NCBI GenBank assembly: GCA_034521815.1
Contig: JAXHLW010000013.1
Location: 1,152,001 to 1,216,000, forward strand
DNA: 64,000 nucleotides
Origin: Trueperaceae bacterium
GTDB taxonomy: Bacteria; Deinococcota; Deinococci; Deinococcales; Trueperaceae
Direction of reading: 5' to 3'
Shown: positions 1-8,779 of the stretch, piece by piece
Layout: every line of letters begins with the position of its first letter
Position numbering within the stretch: the stretch's first letter is position 1
Notes under the pieces: generated by a model
What the model was told of the DNA's origin: nothing
The model's input: the letters and a program-made list of their open reading frames with translations, nothing else
Databases searched by the model: none
Position numbers and translations under genes: made by a program

Positions 1-1
1 A

Positions 2-769
2 GGCGCTCCGGGCCGCCACAGCTTCGCGGTCGTCTGGCGCGATCTCGGCCGCGTCACGGTGGACGGCGTCGAGCTGGTGCCTGCGTCATGGCTGGGGCTC
101 GAGCCCGACCCGGCCGCGATCCGGCGGCTGTCGGTCCGCGTGGAGGACACGGGATCGGTCCCAGGGGCGCGCTTTCGCGCGGAGTACCGCACCAGCCTCG
201 TGCCCCGCGGCGACGAGGTCGTTCGGCAGGGCACGAGGTTCGAGGCCACGCTCCGCCTGAGCGAGCGTCGCTTCGCGTCGGGCCTCGTCCGCGCCGCCGT
301 GGATGCCTTCGTCGACGTCCCGCTCCCGGACGACGGACAACCGACCGCCTATCTGCGGCGCGCCAACCTCCAGCTGGGCCTCGACGTCGCCGGCCGCGTC
401 GGCCTGCAGGGCACGTTCGGCTACCGTGGCAGCTACGACGTGACCACGGAATCGGTTCGGAGCGGTCGGCTGTCGTTCGAGGAGGTGTCGCTGGTCGTGC
501 GAGCGACGAACGAGCTGTACCTCGGCGCCACCCTCGACGACGTCTGGGAGATCGTCGACGACGATCCCGCCAGCGACCTGGCCCTGGACCCGAGGCCCAC
601 GCTGTTCGCGACCTGGGACCGCTGCTGCTGGGCGCTGTACACGAGCTGGGATACCCGCTCCGGCGAGGTCGTGCTCACCCTCGGCGCGCCAGGTAGGAGC
701 GAAGGACCCCAGTTCACGCTCGATCAGGGGCCCTCCATCCCCTGGGGCGAGGAAGGAGCGGCTCCATGA
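2..769 (+). CDS. C-terminal part of a large beta-rich envelope protein (possibly LptD/OstA-like); 5' end outside window
   Basis: Frame is open from base 2. Alternating beta-strand pattern and a 'WDRCCWALY' motif. The family assignment is tentative. Confidence 0.55.
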   Translation, partial: GAPGRHSFAVVWRDLGRVTVDGVELVPASWLGLEPDPAAIRRLSVRVEDTGSVPGARFRAEYRTSLVPRGDEVVRQGTRFEATLRLSERRFASGLVRAAVDAFVDVPLPDDGQPTAYLRRANLQLGLDVAGRVGLQGTFGYRGSYDVTTESVRSGRLSFEEVSLVVRATNELYLGATLDDVWEIVDDDPASDLALDPRPTLFATWDRCCWALYTSWDTRSGEVVLTLGAPGRSEGPQFTLDQGPSIPWGEEGAAP

Positions 770-2010
770 CGGGACGACCGCGGGCGCGTGCGAGCTCCGT
801 TCGGGCGCTTTCCTCGGCGCTGTGGCTGGCGCTGGGGCTGGGGCTGTGGCTGGCGCTGGGCGTCGGCTGCACCGGCACGCAGGAGAGCACCACCCCGGTC
901 GCCCTGGTCGTGGCGGGCAACGACGCCGACAGCGGCGAGGCGGTCGTGGGGCTGGTCGCGACCGGGCTTCCGCCCGATCCGACCGCCGACGATCCTCCTC
1001 TGACCTGGCTGCCGAGCTTCCGCCGCACGGTTCCGGGGACGATCATCGACGTCGCGGTCGCACGGGACGACCCGGAACGGCTGTACGTGCTGCACCGCGA
1101 CGGCAGCGACCTCTTGACGGTATTCGACGTCTCCGCGCTGGACGTGGACGACGCGACGACCTTCGAGGCGACGCGCACGATCGATCTCGGGGCGCGCGTG
1201 GAGGCCGCCGGCGTCGCGGACCTTCCGGACGCGAACAGCCTGTGCTCGCGAGGCGTCGTGGTAGCCGGCGACGGTCGCTGGGCTGGCGTCGTGCACGAAG
1301 CCGACGCCTGCGGAGCCGTCGACGACGCGCCCGCGGTGCTGTTGATCGAGCTCGAGCCCGACCCCGGCTCGCAAGCGCGCGTGTTCCCCGACGTCCCCTC
1401 CACCAACGACGCGCCCGGCACCCCCGTCATCGCTCCACGGGGCGGCGAGACGGTCCTGGCGTGGCCCACCCGTGGCGGCGCGGTGCTCGCTCGGGACCTC
1501 TCCGATCCCGGAGGCCCGCCCGACGAGCTCGCGTTCACGGACGGCCTCTCGGACGTGCTGTCGCTGGGACGAGGCGGCCAAGGACTCGTCCTCCTGAACG
1601 AGGACGCCCTGCTCGGCGTGTCGGTCGAGGACGACACCTCCACGCCGCTCTGGGAAGCCCCGGAAGGCACGACGCTGATCCGCGTCGTGGACGCGCACCT
1701 GCTGCCGGGCACGCCTGCGCTGGCGCTGGCCACGGACGGCCTCGTCGTCGTCGCGGACGTGGACGCGGACGTGGACGCGGACCCCGATAGCGTACCGCCC
1801 GTCCTGGCCCCGGTCGCCAGCCCTTCGGGCGCCGTCGTCGGCCCGTACGGCTACGCGTTCGTGACGGCGCAGGGGTCGGTGACGGTGGTCGACCTGCTCA
1901 CGTTCCTGGCCGATCCCGGCACGTCGATCCGGGGGGAAGCGGCCACGAGCCTGGAGGCCCTCAGCGACCCGGTCGCCGTCGACTGGCTGTTCGTCTCGCC
2001 CGCACCGTAA
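766..2010 (+). CDS. Putative lipoprotein, acidic and beta-propeller-like
   Basis: Basic N-terminus, hydrophobic stretch and lipobox LGVG-C. ATGA overlap with the upstream gene. Confidence 0.7.
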   Translation: MTGRPRARASSVRALSSALWLALGLGLWLALGVGCTGTQESTTPVALVVAGNDADSGEAVVGLVATGLPPDPTADDPPLTWLPSFRRTVPGTIIDVAVARDDPERLYVLHRDGSDLLTVFDVSALDVDDATTFEATRTIDLGARVEAAGVADLPDANSLCSRGVVVAGDGRWAGVVHEADACGAVDDAPAVLLIELEPDPGSQARVFPDVPSTNDAPGTPVIAPRGGETVLAWPTRGGAVLARDLSDPGGPPDELAFTDGLSDVLSLGRGGQGLVLLNEDALLGVSVEDDTSTPLWEAPEGTTLIRVVDAHLLPGTPALALATDGLVVVADVDADVDADPDSVPPVLAPVASPSGAVVGPYGYAFVTAQGSVTVVDLLTFLADPGTSIRGEAATSLEALSDPVAVDWLFVSPAP

Positions 2011-2031
2011 GCAGCCCCGGACGCGGACGCC

Positions 2032-3042
2032 TCAGGCCGAGCTCGCGGTGTCCTCGGCCAGCGTCGCGAGCTCGGTCGCGAGGCGGGGCACGAGCTCGTC
2101 TCGGACCGAGGCGTGCGCGAAGCGCAACGCGTTCCGGACCGCGCGCTGGTCGCTGCTGCCATGCCCGATGAACGCGGGCGCACCGACGCCCAGCAACGGC
2201 TGCGCACCGTAGGTCGAGGGGTCCAGCCGGTCGGCCACGCTGCGGAGCGCGGGACGCGCCAGCAGGCCTCCCACGCGACTGCGCAGGTTCGCCCCGAGCG
2301 CGTCGCGGATCCAGCCGAACAACACTCTCGCCTCCCCTTCGGCGAGCTTGAGAACGACGTTGCCCGTGAAGCCGTCGGTCACCACGACGTCGGTCGTGCC
2401 CATCAGCAGGTCGCGTCCTTCCACGTTGCCGTGGAAGCGGATCCCGGGCGTGGCCGCGAGCAGCGGATACGCGTCACGGACCAGCTCGTTGCCCTTCCCG
2501 GGCTCCTCGCCGATCGAGAGCAGACCGACGGAAGGATCGTCGATGCCGTGCACCAGGCGAGCGTAGACGCTGCCCATCACCGCGAACTGCTGCAGCATGC
2601 GGGGCCGGCAGTCGGCGTTCGCGCCGACGTCGAGAAGGGTGACCACCCCCGTCTTAGCAGGAATGTTCGCGACGATCGCCGGTCGCTCGACGCCGTCCAG
2701 GCGACCGAACCCCAGCAGGGCCGCTGCCATCGTCGCCCCGGAGTGCCCCATCGACACCAGGGCGGAGGCGTCGCCCTCCTTCACGAGACGAGCGGCGACG
2801 GTGACGCTGGCGTCGCTTCGCCGACGCACTTCGGCCGCCGCTTCGTGCATGCCGATGACGTCGCTGGCGTGCACGATGTCGAGCTCGGCTCCGCGGTCGT
2901 CCAACGCGGCCCTCAGGGTCGGCTCGTCGCCGACGAGGACGACCTCGACACCTTCCGCGACTGCCGCCAGGGCGCCGTCGATGGCGGCGTCCGGCATGCG
3001 GTCGCCTCCCATGGCGTCGAGTGCGATTCCAGGCTTCGTCAC
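2032..3042 (-). CDS. plsX: Phosphate acyltransferase PlsX
   Basis: IALDAMGGD, LLDVGANADC, VVVTDGFTGNVVLK and GHGSS motifs. Confidence 0.95.
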   Translation of the reverse strand: MTKPGIALDAMGGDRMPDAAIDGALAAVAEGVEVVLVGDEPTLRAALDDRGAELDIVHASDVIGMHEAAAEVRRRSDASVTVAARLVKEGDASALVSMGHSGATMAAALLGFGRLDGVERPAIVANIPAKTGVVTLLDVGANADCRPRMLQQFAVMGSVYARLVHGIDDPSVGLLSIGEEPGKGNELVRDAYPLLAATPGIRFHGNVEGRDLLMGTTDVVVTDGFTGNVVLKLAEGEARVLFGWIRDALGANLRSRVGGLLARPALRSVADRLDPSTYGAQPLLGVGAPAFIGHGSSDQRAVRNALRFAHASVRDELVPRLATELATLAEDTASSA

Positions 3043-3098
3043 GGCGAGAGTATAGCCCTACGATCCGGGGGTGACGAGCGTCGGCTAGACTCTGGCGC

Positions 3099-4037
<939 letters not shown>

Positions 4038-4080
4038 TCGGGCTGAGTTCCCGTACCGCTCCGCGAAGGTAGGTTGAGCC

Positions 4081-4719
4081 ATGTCTCCCGTTTGGCTGAT
4101 CGTCGTTCTGCTCGTCGTGATCGCTGCGCTGCTGGCCGCGTCCGCGGTCTCGGCGTTCCGCCGCCGGGCGGCCGCCAGCGGAAGCGTGGGGCTCCTCGTC
4201 GCGGTCCTGGTGCTCGCACTGGCCGGTGCGACCGGGGCGGCCGCGTGGTCGCTGGTGCGCTACGAGGCCTTGACGCGCGAGACGCTCGCGGCCGTGATTC
4301 GGGTCGAGCCGGCTGGTCCTGCCCGGTTCGTTGCGGAGCTGGAGGTTCCCGGCGGCGAGGTCCGTCGCTACGAGCTCAGGGGCGAGCAGATCTGGATCGA
4401 CGCGCAGATCGTCAAGTGGCATCCGTGGGCGAACGTGATCGGCCTTCACACCGCCTACCGCCTCGAACGGATCGGCGGCCGGTATCGCTCGGTCGACGAC
4501 GAGCGCACGCTGCCGCGGAGCGTCGAAGCGCTTCACGACGCCGACGACGGCTTCGGATCGGGCCTGTACGATTGGGTCGGTCGCCAGCCTTGGCTCCACG
4601 CGCTGGTCGACGCGCAGTACGGCTCTGGGAGCTTCGTCGCTGCCGACGCGCCCGCCACGATCGAGGTACGCGTGTCCAGCACGGGCCTGCTGATGCGCGA
4701 AGCCCCAGCCGCCCGTTGA
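4081..4719 (+). CDS. Hypothetical membrane protein (two N-terminal TM helices)
   Basis: Hydrophobic N-terminal segments, typical codon usage and an upstream purine-rich RBS. Confidence 0.7.
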   Translation: MSPVWLIVVLLVVIAALLAASAVSAFRRRAAASGSVGLLVAVLVLALAGATGAAAWSLVRYEALTRETLAAVIRVEPAGPARFVAELEVPGGEVRRYELRGEQIWIDAQIVKWHPWANVIGLHTAYRLERIGGRYRSVDDERTLPRSVEALHDADDGFGSGLYDWVGRQPWLHALVDAQYGSGSFVAADAPATIEVRVSSTGLLMREAPAAR

Positions 4720-4744
4720 CAGGCGCGGACTCCAGGAGGTCTCG

Positions 4745-6262
4745 ATGAGCCAGCTCGTTCTCGGTCTCGCACGCGCTCTGTGCGTGCTTCTGCCCGTCGC
4801 GCTGGGTTTGGCCAGCGCACAAGACGCACCGCCCCCGAGCCACGGTGGCGAGGTCGTCGTCGCGATCGCCGCCGATCCGCCGGGATGGGATCCGACCGTG
4901 TCCACGTCTCAGGAGATCCCGCGCGTCGTCTACCACAACGTGTTCGAGGGCCTCGTCCGGTTCGACCGGAACGGCGAGATCGTGCCCGCGCTGGCCGAGT
5001 CGTGGACGCTTTCAGGTGATGCCCTCTCGCTCACGTTTCACGTCCGTCGGGGCGTGCGTTTCCACGACGGGCGTCCGTTGACGCTGAACGACATCGTGGC
5101 GAAGTTCGACCGGGCGCGAGATCCGGACTCGGGTCATACCAACGCCGCCTACTACGAGACGATCGACGCCCTCGTCGTGGACGAGGAGGCGCACACGGTC
5201 ACGTTCCTCCTGTCCAGGCCCACGCGAAGCCTGCTCTACGACCTGGCCCGGCCCGACTCGGTCGTCTACCCCGCCGGCACCGAGACCAGCCAGCGAGGTC
5301 GGCCCGTAGGCACGGGCCCGTTCCGGTTCGTGGAGTATCGCGAGGGCTCGGAGGTGCGGCTGGAGCGGTTCGAGGACTACTATCTGGACGGCGTTCCGTA
5401 TCTCGACGCCGTCCGGTTCAGGATCATCGGCGATCCCAACACCCGCTACGCGGCGCTGCGTGCTGGGGACGTGGACCTGATCGGCACGTCGCTCGCGCCC
5501 GAGCAGTTCCTGCAAGCTCGGCAGGATCCTTCGCTCGTCGCCACGGAAGGCACCGCCACGACGGAGATCACGCTGGCGATGAACAACGCGCGTGCGCCGT
5601 TCGACGACGTTCGCGTTCGACAGGCGATCACGCACGCGATCGACAAGCGCGCCATCGTCGAGGGCGCCATGTTCGGGCTGGGGACCGTCATCGGGACCCA
5701 CATGAGCCCGGCCGAGCCGTACTACCTGGATCTGACGGACACCTACCCGTACGATCCCGATCGCGCCCGAGAGCTGTTGGCCGAGGCCGGCTACCCGGAT
5801 GGGTTCGACGTCGCCTTCGAGCTGCCCGAGCCGTACGCGCTCGAGCGCCGCAGCGGCCAGGTGATCGCCCAGCAGCTCGCCGAGGTGGGGATCGACGTGG
5901 AGCTGAGCGTGGTCGAGTGGGGGACGTGGATCCAGCGCATCTTCCTCGGCGCCGACTACGACATGACGATCATCGGTCATTCCGAGCCGCGGGACATCGA
6001 CGTCTACGCCGACCCGGAGTACTACTTCCAGTACGAGAACCCACGGGTCGCCACCCTCGTGACCGAGGCGGAGTCGGCCTCGACCCGAGAGGCCGAGATC
6101 GCCGCCTACCGCGAGATCGCTCGCATCATCGCCGACGATGCCGTCGCCGTCTGGGTCTTCAGCCCTCCGTACCTGGTCGCCGCGCGCGAGGACGTGCACG
6201 GCTTCTGGACCGACCAGCCGACACCGGCGATCGACATGACCGAGGTCCATCGGGGGCCCTGA
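4745..6262 (+). CDS. ABC transporter substrate-binding protein, family 5 (peptide/nickel)
   Basis: Signal peptide, PALAESW, FHDGRPLT and PVGTGPF motifs; AGGAGG RBS. Confidence 0.92.
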   Translation: MSQLVLGLARALCVLLPVALGLASAQDAPPPSHGGEVVVAIAADPPGWDPTVSTSQEIPRVVYHNVFEGLVRFDRNGEIVPALAESWTLSGDALSLTFHVRRGVRFHDGRPLTLNDIVAKFDRARDPDSGHTNAAYYETIDALVVDEEAHTVTFLLSRPTRSLLYDLARPDSVVYPAGTETSQRGRPVGTGPFRFVEYREGSEVRLERFEDYYLDGVPYLDAVRFRIIGDPNTRYAALRAGDVDLIGTSLAPEQFLQARQDPSLVATEGTATTEITLAMNNARAPFDDVRVRQAITHAIDKRAIVEGAMFGLGTVIGTHMSPAEPYYLDLTDTYPYDPDRARELLAEAGYPDGFDVAFELPEPYALERRSGQVIAQQLAEVGIDVELSVVEWGTWIQRIFLGADYDMTIIGHSEPRDIDVYADPEYYFQYENPRVATLVTEAESASTREAEIAAYREIARIIADDAVAVWVFSPPYLVAAREDVHGFWTDQPTPAIDMTEVHRGP

Positions 6263-6314
6263 CCCGGTCCACGCGAGCGCCGGGTCGTTCCAGCGCCGCT
6301 CCCGCATCCCGCTC

Positions 6315-7262
6315 ATGCTTCTCTACCTCGTCCGTCGCGCCCTGACCGCAGTGGTGAGCGTCGTGCTCGCGTCGCTGGTGGTGTTCTCGGCTCTGCTGGC
6401 GATCCCGGGCGATCCTGCCGAGATCATCCTCGGGCTGGACGCCTCGCCCGAGGCACGGACGGCGCTTCGAGACCAGCTCGGGCTGAACCGGCCCGCCCCC
6501 GTCAGGTATCTGACGTGGGTGGCCGGCGCGTTGCGGGGCGACCTGGGCGAGTCGATCGTCTACCAGCGCCCCGTGCGTGCCCTGATCGCGGATCGGCTGG
6601 GCGTTTCGGTTCCGCTGGCCTTGGGGGCCGCCCTGATCGCCGGCCTGATCGCGCTGCCGCTGGGCCTGCTCGCGGCGCTTCGTCGGGGCACCTGGGTCGA
6701 TCCCGTCGTGACCTCGGTCGCGCAGCTGGGAGCTGCCGTACCGTCGTTCTGGCTGGGCTTGCTGTTCGTCCTGCTGTTCGCCGTCGAGCTCGGGTGGCTG
6801 CCGGCTGGAGGCTTCTCGCCCTGGGCTCGCGATCCGGTCGCCAGCATGCGGAGTCTCGTTCTGCCGATGCTGGCGCTGGGCCTCGGCCAAGCAGCGGTCA
6901 TGACGCGCATGACGCGGTCGTCCATGATCGAAGCGTTGGCGCAGGATTACGTCCGGACGGCACGCGCCAAGGGGCTTCCACCGGCTCGCGTCACCTTCGG
7001 CCACGCGCTCCGGAACGCCCTGGTCACGCTGGTCACGATCCTCGGGCTGAGCCTCACCAACGTGTTCATCGGTTCGATCGTGATCGAACAGGTCTTCGCC
7101 CTTCCTGGGCTCGGGCAGCTGGCGCTCACGGCGATCGGCACGCGCGATCTGCCTCTCGTCCAGGGGGAGATTCTGCTCTACGCCACGACCATCATCGTGT
7201 TGAGCTTCCTGGTGGATGCGTCGTACGCGCTGCTCGACCCGCGGATTCGGTACGAGGCATGA
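6315..7262 (+). CDS. Peptide ABC transporter permease (DppB/OppB-like)
   Basis: PGDPA motif, EAA loop (DYVRTARAKGL) and EQVFALPGLG. Confidence 0.92.
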   Translation: MLLYLVRRALTAVVSVVLASLVVFSALLAIPGDPAEIILGLDASPEARTALRDQLGLNRPAPVRYLTWVAGALRGDLGESIVYQRPVRALIADRLGVSVPLALGAALIAGLIALPLGLLAALRRGTWVDPVVTSVAQLGAAVPSFWLGLLFVLLFAVELGWLPAGGFSPWARDPVASMRSLVLPMLALGLGQAAVMTRMTRSSMIEALAQDYVRTARAKGLPPARVTFGHALRNALVTLVTILGLSLTNVFIGSIVIEQVFALPGLGQLALTAIGTRDLPLVQGEILLYATTIIVLSFLVDASYALLDPRIRYEA

Positions 7263-8107
7263 GCACCACCTGGAGGTCGTCTTCGGCTGGGCGGCTGCTG
7301 CGGCGAGCGGGGCCGAGCTTCTGGATCGGGGGCGCCCTCATCGTCGTCGTCGTCGCCGCAGCGCTGGTCAGCTTCGTGTGGACGCCGTACCCGCCCAACG
7401 CTCTCGACTTCTCCGTGCAGCTGCAAGGTCCTAGCTGGAGCCATCCGCTGGGCACCGACCATTTCGGGCGCGACCTGCTCAGTCGCGTGCTGGTCGGGGC
7501 GCGCTCGACGCTGTACGTCGGGGTTCTGGCCGTCGGGCTCGCATTGGGCCTCGGCAGCACCGTCGGTCTCGTGTCGGGCTGGGTGGGCGGATGGGTCGAC
7601 GACGCCGTCATGAGGCTCGTGGACGTGCTTTACGCGTTTCCTGCGATTCTGATGGCGCTGCTCCTCGCCGCGGTGTACCGCCCTGGCACGTTTACGGCGA
7701 TGACGGCCATCGGCCTCGCGACCGTCCCGATCTTCGCCCGTATCGCGCGATCGTCGGCGTTGACTCTTCGTTCGGCACCGCACGTCGAGGCGGGTCGCGC
7801 CTTGGGGGCACGACCTCGCGAGGTGCTGCTGCGTCACGTCGTTCCTGGCGCGCTGTCTCCTCTCGTGATCCAGGCCAGCCTGAGCCTGTCGGTCGCCGTG
7901 CTGGCCGAGGCGGCCCTGAGCTTCCTGGGCCTGGGCACCCCGCCGGACGTGCCTAGCTGGGGCAACATGCTGCGCGAGGCTCAAGGGTTTCTCGCCATGA
8001 GTCCGTATCCGGCGCTCGTCCCCGGGTTGGCGATCGTCGCGACCGTGCTGGGATGGAGCCTTCTCGGTGACGGCCTCCGCGACCTGTTGGACCCTCGGCT
8101 CCGCTGA
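7259..8107 (+). CDS. Peptide ABC transporter permease (DppC/OppC-like)
   Basis: HPLGTDHFGRD, EAALSFLGLG and PSWGNML motifs; ATG at 7259 overlaps the upstream stop. Confidence 0.9.
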   Translation: MSTTWRSSSAGRLLRRAGPSFWIGGALIVVVVAAALVSFVWTPYPPNALDFSVQLQGPSWSHPLGTDHFGRDLLSRVLVGARSTLYVGVLAVGLALGLGSTVGLVSGWVGGWVDDAVMRLVDVLYAFPAILMALLLAAVYRPGTFTAMTAIGLATVPIFARIARSSALTLRSAPHVEAGRALGARPREVLLRHVVPGALSPLVIQASLSLSVAVLAEAALSFLGLGTPPDVPSWGNMLREAQGFLAMSPYPALVPGLAIVATVLGWSLLGDGLRDLLDPRLR

Positions 8108-8223
8108 CCTGTCCATCTGCGTCGTGGACGGGTCGGCAACAACGCTTGCGTACGGCAACCGGGATGCAACCCTCCTCGGACAACACTCCTCTTAGGCGGG
8201 AAACCAACCGGAGGAGGTTGTCG

Positions 8224-8778
8224 ATGTCGCAAAGCACGTTAGGCGTCCACGTCCACTCGTCGCATCCAGCGTTCCTGAGTCTGATCCAGGAGGTGATGGA
8301 GCGACCGGACGTGGAGCCCCACGGAACGGGAGAGTCGGGCGTCGCGCACGTCTTGCTCGACTTCCCGCTCACGTGGACTCTTTATCAGCTCGAGCGTCTC
8401 GATAGCATCGATCGTGCTCGCACCCTCATCGTCACGCAAGCGACGCATCCTGCCTACCTCGATTGCCTCGCGAGCTACCACGTCAGCGGCGTCGCGACGA
8501 CCACGGACTCTCACGGCATCATCGCCGGTCTCTACGCAGCGGCGTCAGCGCAGCGCAGCTACCATTACCGCTCACCGTTGACGTTCATGGAGCTCCGTGT
8601 GGTCCGCCTGCTTCTGATGGGGTACGACACGCAGCGCGCAGCGAAGGATCTGGGCGTCTCGTACAAGACGGTGAACGCGCACGTCTCGAACGCGCTCTGC
8701 AAGCTGGGTTACGACAACCGAGCCCAGCTCGTCGTCCACCTGATGGGCGTCGATCCCGACTCCGACATCTTCGGCTGA
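8224..8778 (+). CDS. NarL/LuxR-type HTH regulator with a degenerate receiver-like domain
   Basis: C-terminal LTFMELRVVRLLLMG...LGVSYKTVNAHVSNALCKLG LuxR HTH; GGAGGAGG RBS before ATG 8224. Confidence 0.85.
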   Translation: MSQSTLGVHVHSSHPAFLSLIQEVMERPDVEPHGTGESGVAHVLLDFPLTWTLYQLERLDSIDRARTLIVTQATHPAYLDCLASYHVSGVATTTDSHGIIAGLYAAASAQRSYHYRSPLTFMELRVVRLLLMGYDTQRAAKDLGVSYKTVNAHVSNALCKLGYDNRAQLVVHLMGVDPDSDIFG

Positions 8779-8779
8779 G

